Positions 46,946-56,116 of a stretch of 64,000 bases of DNA are shown here, one piece after another. The position numbers were made by a program, and so were the translations under genes. The stretch's first letter is position 1, and each line of letters starts with the position of its first letter. This DNA comes from Dehalococcoidia bacterium (GTDB lineage Bacteria; Chloroflexota; Dehalococcoidia; Plut-88900), in contig CBDFLQ010000007.1 of the NCBI GenBank assembly GCA_965249275.1, forward strand, positions 544,001 to 608,000, read 5' to 3'. The notes beneath the pieces were generated by a model. The model searched no databases. It worked only from the letters and a program-made list of their open reading frames with translations, and had not been told where the DNA came from.

Positions 46946-47614
46946 ATGCGATTCATAATCACCTTGACCCTAATCGTGGCCCTCCTGGGCTTTGCCGCAG
47001 CTTGCAGCTCGGGAGCAGCGCCTACGGCCACCCAGCCCGCGCCCACCCCACCCCCGACCACCCCCCCGGCGACCCCCACCCCAGTCCCTACCGCCCTGAT
47101 CGAATGGTCGGATGAAGACTGCATATTCCGACCCCACGGCGAGTTGGGAGAGCTAACCAGGGTCACGCGTACATATGTCGAGAACGAACCTAAGCGCAAC
47201 GTCGAGCGCCTATTCCTCAAATTCCACCAGTCTGAAGCCGAATCGACCATCCTTCGCTGCGACATGAACACAGCGGGACTCTTCTCGACCTGGTGGGTGC
47301 AGTCTTTCCCCACCGAACAGGACGCCCAACGTCTCTTCGAGTCCCTCATTCTTGTCACCCGCCCCGGAGTCGATAGGCTTAACCAAAACCCTCGGTCCTG
47401 CGCCCTCATCAGAGCCGGAAAGGACGGGCAAGACAGCTACAACCTGGATTTCGTAGACAAGGGCATCTGCGAAAGCAGCGTCTTCAACGGGCTCAGCGGG
47501 ATCGTAATCTATGGCAACACTGTCATAGGCATAGACTCCCAGTTCTACGAAGAGTTCTTTGAGGCTCTCCTGGTCCACGCCAAGGCCCTCGTAGACAAGA
47601 GGACCTCCTCCTAG
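46946..47614 (+). CDS. Putative lipoprotein with Pro/Thr linker
   Basis: Signal peptide ending FAAAC, followed by a PTPPPTTPPATPTP linker. Confidence 0.75.
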   Translation: MRFIITLTLIVALLGFAAACSSGAAPTATQPAPTPPPTTPPATPTPVPTALIEWSDEDCIFRPHGELGELTRVTRTYVENEPKRNVERLFLKFHQSEAESTILRCDMNTAGLFSTWWVQSFPTEQDAQRLFESLILVTRPGVDRLNQNPRSCALIRAGKDGQDSYNLDFVDKGICESSVFNGLSGIVIYGNTVIGIDSQFYEEFFEALLVHAKALVDKRTSS

Positions 47615-47615
47615 C

Positions 47616-48449
47616 TTGCGTGTCCCCGGCCTGTCCCCGACTTCACCTCTGCTTACCAGTGCCCCGACGCGTCCCATACTAACCCTCCGCGCTCTATTCG
47701 AAAACAGGTTCGTCAAGGAGGGTTCGCTCCTGGTCCTCGGGTACATCGTCTACATGTCCCTGCGCCACGTCTTCCTCGAAGAGGTTGAGGCAGTCGGCCG
47801 GACAAACGCCCTCAAAGTAATCGATATCGAGAAATTCCTGGGCATCTACTGGGAGCCCGCACTCCAGTCCCGCCTCCTCTCCGAGGCCTCGTGGATCGTG
47901 ACCTTCTTCAACTGGGCCTATTCTCTGGGTTTTCTACCTGTAATAGTGCCCGGGGCCGTGGCACTCCTCTGCCTCCGCTACGATTCATTCGTCTATTTCC
48001 GAAGGGTGTTCCTCATAAGCTACGTGATTACATGGGTGCTGTGGTTAACCCTTCCCGTCACCCCACCCAGGCTGATGTTAGAAGAGGGCTTCGTAGATTC
48101 CATAGAGGTCATGGGGCCGGCATTCTATAACAGCAAGCAGTCCATCGCGTACTATAACCAACACTCCGCCATGCCCAGCATGCACTTTGGGTGGACCCTG
48201 CTCTTCTCGATAATGCTCCTGAAGACCGGGAGCCGAGCCCTGCGCCTATTCGGTGTCATCCTCCCAATAGTGGCCTTCGCAGCGATAGTCGTGACCGCCA
48301 ACCATTTCTTCCTGGACGCGGTAGTCGGGGGTGGCATCATTGGTCTGGCCTTCGCTATATACCATCTGGCAGCCCGCTCCCCGAAACCACGTGCCTCCTC
48401 CACTCGATCATCGACAATGATAGCACGAAGTGATATCATTTCATCGTGA
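47616..48449 (+). CDS. PAP2/Aur1-like (inositol phosphorylceramide synthase-like) membrane protein
   Basis: P.TPPRL, NQHSAMPSMHFGW and TANHFFLDA motifs. Start uncertain. Confidence 0.8.
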   Translation: MRVPGLSPTSPLLTSAPTRPILTLRALFENRFVKEGSLLVLGYIVYMSLRHVFLEEVEAVGRTNALKVIDIEKFLGIYWEPALQSRLLSEASWIVTFFNWAYSLGFLPVIVPGAVALLCLRYDSFVYFRRVFLISYVITWVLWLTLPVTPPRLMLEEGFVDSIEVMGPAFYNSKQSIAYYNQHSAMPSMHFGWTLLFSIMLLKTGSRALRLFGVILPIVAFAAIVVTANHFFLDAVVGGGIIGLAFAIYHLAARSPKPRASSTRSSTMIARSDIISS

Positions 48450-48709
48450 GGCGGAAGCACCGCAGGACTCTCGCCGCGATATTAGAAACCCCGACTCGGT
48501 CAGGAATTCGTTGGGAAGACATAGAATCGCTCCTCCTAGCCTTGGACGCCGAGATAGAGGAGCGGGCCGGATCCCGGATCGGTGTACGGCTAGAATTGCA
48601 TTTCGCAGTTTTCCATCGTCCTCACCCTCAACCGGAAGCCAGCAAAGATCTTGTAAAAGCCGTCAAACACCTTTTAAGAGAGGCAGGGATCACCAATGCT
48701 GACCTATAA
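48446..48709 (+). CDS. HicA family toxin
   Basis: KHRRTL.AI...IRW.DIESLL.AL...GSR...FHRPHP pattern; overlaps the HicB gene. Confidence 0.85.
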   Translation: MRRKHRRTLAAILETPTRSGIRWEDIESLLLALDAEIEERAGSRIGVRLELHFAVFHRPHPQPEASKDLVKAVKHLLREAGITNADL

Positions 48710-49022
48710 GGGATACATAGCCAAAGTCGATATAGACTTGGAAGAGGGGATATTGTCGGGACGTGTGGTTAATATCCGAGACATAATCCATTTTCAAGCA
48801 GATACACCGGCACAACTTCAAAAGGAATTCGAGTTCTCTGTCGATGACTACATCGCCTTCTGCAAAGAGAAGGGAATGGAGGCCGAGAAACCGCGCTCTG
48901 GCAAAATCTCCCTTCGTGTTTCTCCAGAGCTCCATCGAGCCGCCGTATCGGCCGCCGCCCGCGAAGGCAAGAGCCTTAACGCTTGGCTCTCCAAAGCTAT
49001 TGAAAAGGCCGCTATCGGCTGA
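48696..49022 (+). CDS. HicB family antitoxin
   Basis: LTYKGY, SVDDY..FC and SGK..LR..PELH...A..EGKSLN.W motifs. Confidence 0.88.
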   Translation: MLTYKGYIAKVDIDLEEGILSGRVVNIRDIIHFQADTPAQLQKEFEFSVDDYIAFCKEKGMEAEKPRSGKISLRVSPELHRAAVSAAAREGKSLNAWLSKAIEKAAIG

Positions 49023-49062
49023 CCTCCGTTTTCAATTGTCCCTTGTATATCCATAAAGATCA

Positions 49063-49096
49063 GAGGGGCTGGCAATGCCAGCCCCTCAGCCTTTTT
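49063..49096 (+). terminator. Intrinsic terminator between hicB and the convergent SDR gene
   Basis: Perfect stem GAGGGGCTGGC-AAT-GCCAGCCCCTC followed by a T tract. Confidence 0.7.
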
Positions 49097-49110
49097 CACT
49101 CTTTGCTGTC

Positions 49111-49923
49111 CTAGTGCTCCATTATCAGACCACCGTCGATGTTTATGGATTGACCGTGGATCCACGATGCTGCGTTGGTGCACAGGTATGCTATGAACTC
49201 TCCCACCTCGTCATCTGTTCCGTTACGCCCTATCGGCGTTGTCTGGGCCATCTTCTCCCATGCATCCGAATAGACCAGATCGTCCATTCTGTGAGTGTCA
49301 ACTGCACCAGGGCACACGCAATTCACGTTCACGCCATACGGCCCGAGCTCCTCGGCCATAGTCTGAGTCATTGCCACCTGTGCGAAACACCCCGCGCAAT
49401 AGGCAAGAGCATCGGCAGTGCCCCGCTTACCGGCCCCCGACGACACGTTGATTATCTTGCCACCCTCGCCTCGGGCCAACATCACCTGTGCCGCCGCTTT
49501 GGAGCAGAGGTAAGTGCCCCAGACCTTGATATCCACCACTTTCTTGAAATAGTAGTCGTCTAACTCGACTGTCGGGACCCGGTCCGCCCCCCGGGCATAG
49601 GCAGCGTTGTTTACTACAATGTCGATCCGCCCGAACTCCCGCACCGTGTTTGCCGTCATCTCAGTCACGTCCTCGGGGTTTGACACGTCCACGACCTGCG
49701 GCAAAGCCCTCCGCCCGAGAGCCTGCACCTGCTCCGCCGTACTCTCGATGTCCTTCCAGCCTATTGCCTTCTCGTCATCCGGAAAGCTGGCCGGGTTTCG
49801 TCCTGTACCCGTCGGTACTACGTCCGCACCCAGTTTGGCCAGTGCCACGCACGCCGCCCTGCCGATGCCCCTCAATCTACCTGCACCGGTGACTATCGCT
49901 ACTTTTCCGTCCAGTTCACCCAT
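49111..49923 (-). CDS. SDR family oxidoreductase (tandem copy 2)
   Basis: VTGAG...GIG, VNNAA and VNCVCPG motifs. Near-identical to 50028-50840. Confidence 0.9.
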   Translation of the reverse strand: MGELDGKVAIVTGAGRLRGIGRAACVALAKLGADVVPTGTGRNPASFPDDEKAIGWKDIESTAEQVQALGRRALPQVVDVSNPEDVTEMTANTVREFGRIDIVVNNAAYARGADRVPTVELDDYYFKKVVDIKVWGTYLCSKAAAQVMLARGEGGKIINVSSGAGKRGTADALAYCAGCFAQVAMTQTMAEELGPYGVNVNCVCPGAVDTHRMDDLVYSDAWEKMAQTTPIGRNGTDDEVGEFIAYLCTNAASWIHGQSINIDGGLIMEH

Positions 49924-50027
49924 TGTGTTCTCCACTCAATTCTTATCCCGAAAACACGTTCACTCTAACTCTGATGAGTATTAAGCGTGCCCAGAAAATG
50001 CTCTGGCGCTCCAGTTCATGTTTCTCC

Positions 50028-50840
50028 CTAGTGCTCCATTATCAGGCCGCCGTCGATGTTTATGGACTGGCCGTGTATCCACGACGATGCCTTAGTGCAA
50101 AGGTAGGCTATAAACTCACCCACCTCCTCATCCGTCCCGTTCCGTCCTATCGGCGTTTCCTGGGCCATCTGGTCCCATGCGTCCGAGTAAACCAGATCGT
50201 CCATCCTATGGGTGTCGACTGCCCCCGGGCAGACGCAATTAACGTTCACCCCGTAAGGGCCCAACTCCTCGGCCAGCGTCTGTGTCATTGCCACCTGCGC
50301 AAAGCATCCGGCGCAATAGGCAAGGGTGTCAGCGTCTCCCTTCTTTCCCGCCCCCGACGACACGTTGACTATCTTTCCACCCTCCCCCCGAGCCAGCATC
50401 ACCTGCGCCGCCGCCTTAGAGCACAGGTACGTGCCCATTATCTTGATGTCGACAACCTTCTTGAATATGGCGTCATCCAGGACCACCGTAGGGACGCGGT
50501 CGGCGCCCCGGGCATAGGCAGCGTTGTTCACCATGATGTCGATTCGACCGAATTCCCGGACCGTTTGGGCGGCCATCTCAGCTACGTTCTCCGCGTTGGA
50601 CACGTCCACGACCAGCGGCAGCGCCCTCCGCCCGAGGGCCCGCACCTGCTCCGCCGTACTCTCGATGTCTTTCCAGCCTATTGCCTTCTCGTCATCCGGG
50701 AAGCTGGCCGGGTTTCGACCTGTTCCGGTCGGCACTATATCCGCTCCCAGCTGTGCCAGTGCGACGCACGCTGCCCTGCCGATCCCCCTCAATCTCCCCG
50801 CTCCCGTGACTATTGCTACTTTTCCATCCAGCTCACCCAT
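50028..50840 (-). CDS. SDR family oxidoreductase (tandem copy 1)
   Basis: Same motifs as 49111-49923 and the same 270-aa length. Confidence 0.9.
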   Translation of the reverse strand: MGELDGKVAIVTGAGRLRGIGRAACVALAQLGADIVPTGTGRNPASFPDDEKAIGWKDIESTAEQVRALGRRALPLVVDVSNAENVAEMAAQTVREFGRIDIMVNNAAYARGADRVPTVVLDDAIFKKVVDIKIMGTYLCSKAAAQVMLARGEGGKIVNVSSGAGKKGDADTLAYCAGCFAQVAMTQTLAEELGPYGVNVNCVCPGAVDTHRMDDLVYSDAWDQMAQETPIGRNGTDEEVGEFIAYLCTKASSWIHGQSINIDGGLIMEH

Positions 50841-50981
50841 TTTGTTCTCCGTTCCGTTGTAGGCCGTCGAAATCCGGGTCCTTGAATGCCGAAAAGTCTA
50901 GAGACCGCTCACCCAATCCGTCAACGCTCTTACACTCTTACACCCTTGCACCTGACACTCAAACCCCATACTCTACCCGTC

Positions 50982-51851
50982 ATGCAGGACTTCAAGACGG
51001 GGACCATAACAGCAAATGCGGTCGACTTCAGCTACGTCGAGGCGGGGAGTGGGCCTCTTGTCCTGTGCTTCCACGGCTTCCCCGACAACGCCTACACCTA
51101 TCGCTATCTTCTCCCTCAACTCGCCGACGCCGGCTACCGAGCCGTTGCGCCCTTCATGCGGGGTTACGCTCCTACACCCGTTCCTGCCGACGGGAGATAT
51201 CAGTCGGCCGTGCTTGGCCGGGACGCCTTGGCCCTGATCCAGGCTCTGGGGGCCGAGTCCGCAATCCTCATCGGCCATGACTGGGGCGCCCTTGCCACTT
51301 ACGCAGCCGCGACTCTCGAGCCCGAAAAGGTTGTCAAGCTCGTTACCCTAGGCTCCGCTCATCCCGGCGCATCCCTTGATCACGACTTCGACTACCTGCG
51401 TGGCACCTGGCATTCCTACTACTTCCAGCTCCCCTCCGCCGAGGCCACTCTCCCTCATGACGACTTCCAATTTATCGTCGACTGGTGGAAGAACGCTTCT
51501 CCCAACTGGGACATCCCGCCCGAGTTGCTGGAGTCGGTGAAGAATACCTTCCGACAACCGGGAGTAGTGAAGGCCGCTCTCAATTACTACCGCCACGCCA
51601 TCAACGCGTCTCTGCGAGACCCTAGCCTCGAAGACACCGAGGCTAAACTCGCTGACGGCCCCGTCACCGTGTCCACTCTCGCTCTTCACGGCACCCATGA
51701 CCGTCCCAAGCGCCTCGAATCTTTCGAGCAGATGGACCGTTTATTCTCAGGCCCATTGACCAAGGTAGTCATCCCAGGTACGGGCCACTTCGTCCACCTC
51801 GAAGAACCCGAGCAAACAGCCCGGTTGGTCCTGGATTTCCTGGGTTCCTAG
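50982..51851 (+). CDS. Alpha/beta hydrolase (epoxide hydrolase-like)
   Basis: HGFPD, GHDWGA (Asp nucleophile) and GHFVHLE.P motifs. Confidence 0.9.
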   Translation: MQDFKTGTITANAVDFSYVEAGSGPLVLCFHGFPDNAYTYRYLLPQLADAGYRAVAPFMRGYAPTPVPADGRYQSAVLGRDALALIQALGAESAILIGHDWGALATYAAATLEPEKVVKLVTLGSAHPGASLDHDFDYLRGTWHSYYFQLPSAEATLPHDDFQFIVDWWKNASPNWDIPPELLESVKNTFRQPGVVKAALNYYRHAINASLRDPSLEDTEAKLADGPVTVSTLALHGTHDRPKRLESFEQMDRLFSGPLTKVVIPGTGHFVHLEEPEQTARLVLDFLGS

Positions 51852-51871
51852 CGACAGCCAAAGGTTCCGGC

Positions 51872-52723
51872 CTAGGCCCAATCCGCGTCCAGGCCAGTCA
51901 TTTGGCAGCTCACGTCCCACAGGCGTCGGGTCGTTGCTTCGTCGTAAGACTCGAGAGACGACTCGACCGCACGCTCCCGGACGAAGTAACGTCCACTCAA
52001 TCCCTCAACTTCCTCCGATGATGCAAGATAGACCGACGTCCGGGCCCCGGCCTCCGCATCGACTGAAATTATCCTGGTCACGGCCTTTAGCTTACGCGGC
52101 AATCCTCCGGCGTCGGCCAGCAGGTTGGTAGCCACTATCCCCGGATGAAGGCAGTTGACAGTGACCCCAGTCCCTTTCAGCCGCCTGGCAAGCTCGTATG
52201 TGAAGAGGATGTTAGCCAGCTTCGTCCGACCATATACCTTGGTCCGGGTATAGCCTCGTTCGGAGTGAAGGTCCTCAAAATCAATAACCGCACCCGCGTG
52301 CACCTGCGATGAAACGTTCACTATTCGCCCCGGCGAGCTAGCTTTCAGAAGGTCAAGGAGCAGGCCGGTCAGAAGAAAGTAAGCAAGGTGATTCACGGCG
52401 AACTGCCTCTCAAATCCGTCACCGGTCACTTCCCGCCGACGCGGTATCACCGCCGCGTTGTTCAACAGCACGTGAAGTTCTCCGAAGCCTTCTTTCACCT
52501 CTCCTGCGAGCTTTCTTATCGAGTCTTGATCTGAAAGCTCCGCAATGAGCAGATGCACATTACCATTCCCTGACTTATCTTTGACCAATTGATGCGCTTT
52601 CCGGCCCCGCCCCTCGTCCCGGCTCACCATCAAGACTTGGGCTCCCAGCTTCGCCAGGCCCAGCGCCGTGGTTAGCCCGATACCCGCGTTCGCACCCGTG
52701 ATCAAGACCGTCTTATCTTTCAT
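51872..52723 (-). CDS. SDR family oxidoreductase (retinol dehydrogenase-like)
   Basis: ITGANAGIG, LNNAA, NHLAYFLLT, YGRTK and LHPG motifs. Confidence 0.9.
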   Translation of the reverse strand: MKDKTVLITGANAGIGLTTALGLAKLGAQVLMVSRDEGRGRKAHQLVKDKSGNGNVHLLIAELSDQDSIRKLAGEVKEGFGELHVLLNNAAVIPRRREVTGDGFERQFAVNHLAYFLLTGLLLDLLKASSPGRIVNVSSQVHAGAVIDFEDLHSERGYTRTKVYGRTKLANILFTYELARRLKGTGVTVNCLHPGIVATNLLADAGGLPRKLKAVTRIISVDAEAGARTSVYLASSEEVEGLSGRYFVRERAVESSLESYDEATTRRLWDVSCQMTGLDADWA

Positions 52724-52819
52724 TAGTTCGCGATTGCCTCTCCTCAAATTTCACTTCGACGAGAATACCAGACTATGTGTGTCCCCCACCCATGTATAAT
52801 CCCCAACCGCGAGGCCAAT

Positions 52820-53698
52820 ATGAAGCTGCACCTGATAGACGGCACCTACGAGCTGTTCCGCGCCCATTTTGCGATGCCGCCCCTCTCCACCCCCGACGGT
52901 CGGCCCGTGGGAGCGGTCAGGGGCCTGGTCCAAACCCTTCTTTTGCTCCTGCGCCAGCCCGACGTCACACATGTCGCATGTGCCTTTGACCACGTTATCA
53001 CCTCCTTCCGTAACGACCTCTTCGAGGGGTACAAGGACGGGACGGGCATCCCGGAGGAACTTGCCTCCCAGTTTTCCCTTGCCGAGGACGCGGTGCGTGC
53101 GCTTGGTATAGTCGTTTGGCCCATGGTCGAGTTTGAAGCCGACGACGCCCTCGCAACAGCTGCCGTTAGATGGCAGAACGCCGAGGAAATTGAGCAGATA
53201 GTCATCTGCTCTCCCGACAAAGACCTATGCCAAGTCGTCTCCGGTGACAAGGTAGTCTGCCTGGACAGAAGACGGGAGATCGTCCTAGACGAGCCCAGTG
53301 TCATCGACAAGTTCGGAGTCGCCCCGCCCTCCATCCCCGACTTTCTAGCCTTGGTCGGAGACAATGCCGACGGCATCCCGGGCATTCCTCGCTGGGGCGC
53401 ATCCAGCACTGCAACCATCCTCGACTCCTACCGCCGCATCGAGGACATACCCCCGGACCCCGGCCAGTGGAACGTGAAAGTCCGTGGCGCGATGGCCCTT
53501 TCGCAAAACCTGGAAACCATGCGGAGCCAGGCCCTTCTCTACAAGAAGCTCGCGATCCTGAGAACAGACGTCCCGCTTGAGGAGGAACTGGAAGACCTGC
53601 GATGGAGCGGTCTCCCCAACCCAGGGTTCCACGACTTCTGCAGCAGTTTGGGTTTCACCCGTCTGGCAGAGTCCAATCTGCCTGTCGCGGGTAAGTAA
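52820..53698 (+). CDS. 5'-3' exonuclease / flap endonuclease
   Basis: LIDGT, SFRN..F.GYK, EADD, DKDL.Q and LVGD.ADGIPGIP motifs. Confidence 0.9.
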   Translation: MKLHLIDGTYELFRAHFAMPPLSTPDGRPVGAVRGLVQTLLLLLRQPDVTHVACAFDHVITSFRNDLFEGYKDGTGIPEELASQFSLAEDAVRALGIVVWPMVEFEADDALATAAVRWQNAEEIEQIVICSPDKDLCQVVSGDKVVCLDRRREIVLDEPSVIDKFGVAPPSIPDFLALVGDNADGIPGIPRWGASSTATILDSYRRIEDIPPDPGQWNVKVRGAMALSQNLETMRSQALLYKKLAILRTDVPLEEELEDLRWSGLPNPGFHDFCSSLGFTRLAESNLPVAGK

Positions 53699-53749
53699 GC
53701 ATCGAGAAATTCGCTGTATTCTTCGATGCTTACTTAACCCTTTGGAGAG

Positions 53750-54310
53750 TCATCCCTCCCGGGTAACCCAACTCCAGTCCCCTACACTACCGCGCTTGTT
53801 CAGTCCCCTTTGCTGGCCCCTCAGATACGAAATCTGCCCGACGTGCTGTGCAATCTCACAGATAAGATGGGTCCACACCCGGCCTATCGTGTAGCCCCGT
53901 CGCCTCGGGTGATCGCTCGGCGGGATGTGGTCATAGTCATAGGGCTTTAGGGAGCGATGGTAGGCCCTGCTTTCGGTGCGCACCTCACGCCTATACTGGA
54001 CAAGCTCCTCAATAGGCGGGTTGGGGAATGCCGCCAACTGCTCCCGTCCGTACCCAAATCCCGTGTCGCCCGCCGCTATACCCCACCGAGTCGTCCATCC
54101 TCCTCTCTCAAACACCTGGGGCTGCCTTAACGAATAGTCGCTGACAAATATGTCCTCGGCTCGACTCATGTGCCAAACGAGAAAGCATATCGAGTTGGAG
54201 TCCTCGTCAGGCCTCCACACCAGCTCCTCTCGGCTCAAGTCTTCCAATTGATGAACCAATTCCTTTTCCAATTCTTCAAAACTCTCTTCCACCATCTGCC
54301 TAACGTCCAT
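53750..54310 (-). CDS. DinB family protein
   Basis: NSI..LVWH and H...E..QHVGQI.YLRG motifs. Confidence 0.85.
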   Translation of the reverse strand: MDVRQMVEESFEELEKELVHQLEDLSREELVWRPDEDSNSICFLVWHMSRAEDIFVSDYSLRQPQVFERGGWTTRWGIAAGDTGFGYGREQLAAFPNPPIEELVQYRREVRTESRAYHRSLKPYDYDHIPPSDHPRRRGYTIGRVWTHLICEIAQHVGQISYLRGQQRGLNKRGSVGDWSWVTREG

Positions 54311-54418
54311 ATCGTGCCTCTCTATGAAAAGTCTAGTTGGGTGGGAGCGGGATGCACCCGGGCCTAATTATACCTGCCCCTTTGTGCCAAGCTGCAGGGT
54401 GACAGCCAGTATTCAACC

Positions 54419-54868
54419 TTAGTTGATCAGCAAGGAACCGCCCCATTCCCCTACTTCGGCAGGGGCCAGCCGGATTACGCCCGGCAAGTTGTCAAAGTCC
54501 GTGTCCGCTGAAATGATGCGGTCGACGCCCAGCCGTTTCATCACTGCTGCATGAACTAGGTCACGAGAACTCACCTCCGGGTAACGGTCCGCGAGATCGC
54601 CGGCCCACTCGACGTCTTCGAGGAATACAGGCTCCACTCTGTAGCGCATGGCCTCCGCGAAGGACTGAAAGATATCTCGGCCCAATGCCCATCTACCGGA
54701 AGAGCGGTATCGGTGCAAGAGTTCTTGCAGCACTTCGCCATCGGTAAAGAATGACCGCGGATGTAGAGCAACCACCCTCAATACTTGCAAGCAGGGTGCC
54801 TTGTAAGGATGCTCTCTCCCACCCGCATAGATCGGGATGTTTGCGTCAATAAAGGCCGCCGGGCTCAT
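54419..54868 (-). CDS. VapC-family PIN toxin
   Basis: FIDANI, EVLQE, RD.VHAA and SADTDFD motifs. Confidence 0.88.
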   Translation of the reverse strand: MSPAAFIDANIPIYAGGREHPYKAPCLQVLRVVALHPRSFFTDGEVLQELLHRYRSSGRWALGRDIFQSFAEAMRYRVEPVFLEDVEWAGDLADRYPEVSSRDLVHAAVMKRLGVDRIISADTDFDNLPGVIRLAPAEVGEWGGSLLIN

Positions 54869-55094
54869 GAGCCGCCTCCAGTTCTCGGGACAGCTGCTCG
54901 GGGTCGGGGACGTCTTCAACTTCCAGGCTTCCTATCCTTTCGACAGCCCGTATGCGACGCCCCAGCATTATTTCTTCGTATGCGTCGTCTATCAAACGCC
55001 TGACAACTTCGGAAATCGGCTCGCCCTTTTCTTCAACCAGTATTTCCAGCCTTCGGCGGTGCTCCGAATCAAGACGCACGTCCAACCTTGCCAT
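54846..55094 (-). CDS. Putative RHH-type antitoxin (VapB-like)
   Basis: Short ORF overlapping the PIN gene start, with RLDVRLD...SEVVRRLID. Confidence 0.75.
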   Translation of the reverse strand: MARLDVRLDSEHRRRLEILVEEKGEPISEVVRRLIDDAYEEIMLGRRIRAVERIGSLEVEDVPDPEQLSRELEAAHEPGGLY

Positions 55095-55239
55095 GTATTC
55101 CTCCCTGTACGTGCTCAAATGTACGGAAACAATTGTCCGTCAACAGCCATATCCTGTCAATGCTGACGTTAAATGGGCGCTCCTGAACTCCCCCCACCCG
55201 CTATACTATCCTCCGACACCCCTGCTAAAGGACAACTAC

Positions 55240-56091
55240 ATGCTTGTAACAGAACGCCGGATGCGGTTCAGGGACTACCTAGCACGGGAAGGCTGTGTAC
55301 GGCCCGCCTCCGTGTTCGACGCCATGTCCGCCCGGCTCGCCGAGGCCGCAGGCTTCGAGATCGGCATGCTTGCCGGGTCTATAGCGTCTGCCGTCGCCAT
55401 AGGCGCTCCCGACTGGACCCTGATCACCCTCACCGAGTTCGCCGACCAGGCCCGGCGCATCACCCGGGCATCCGACATCAGCCTTATGGTCGACGCCGAC
55501 CACGGCTACGGCAACGCCCTCAACGTCATGCGAACCGTTGAGGAGATGGAGAACGCCGGGGTTTCCGCCCTGACAATCGAGGACACCGTGCTCCCGGTTC
55601 CCTTCGCCTCGGGCCCCGATCTGCAGTTAATCTCCATCCCGGAAATGACCGGTAAGCTCAAAGCCGCCCTGCGGGCCCGACGCGACGAATCTCTCGTGAT
55701 TATCGGTAGAAGCATCGCTGGCCCCGACTCCGTTGTGGAGCGCGCTCGCGCCTATGCCAAGCTGGGTGTAGATGCGCTGTTCTTCACCGGTATCTCTACC
55801 ATCGCTCTTTTGGAAGAAGTGCGTAAGGCCGCACCCATACCTCTCCTCACGGGTTCAAGTTCACCTGAGCTTGACGATCTTGATCGCCTGGCATCCGTTG
55901 GAGTAAGAATCGCACAGAAGGGGCACCTGCCCATCCGGGCAGCGATAAATGCGCTCTTCGATACCTATAAGGCGCAGAAGTCGGGCCTGGGAGCCGCCGA
56001 CCTCAAAGGCACCCTCGCCCCCGAAGAAACGATGAGCATCGCTCTAGGCCAGGACGCCTATGACCAGTGGAAACAGGAGTTCCTAACCTAA
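55240..56091 (+). CDS. Isocitrate lyase/PEP mutase family protein (oxaloacetate decarboxylase-like)
   Basis: SVFD.MSAR, GAPD..LITLTEF, VDADHGYGNALNV and IEDT.LP motifs. Confidence 0.88.
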   Translation: MLVTERRMRFRDYLAREGCVRPASVFDAMSARLAEAAGFEIGMLAGSIASAVAIGAPDWTLITLTEFADQARRITRASDISLMVDADHGYGNALNVMRTVEEMENAGVSALTIEDTVLPVPFASGPDLQLISIPEMTGKLKAALRARRDESLVIIGRSIAGPDSVVERARAYAKLGVDALFFTGISTIALLEEVRKAAPIPLLTGSSSPELDDLDRLASVGVRIAQKGHLPIRAAINALFDTYKAQKSGLGAADLKGTLAPEETMSIALGQDAYDQWKQEFLT

Positions 56092-56116
56092 CGAGCGCAG
56101 ACTCTCGGCTGCGGGG

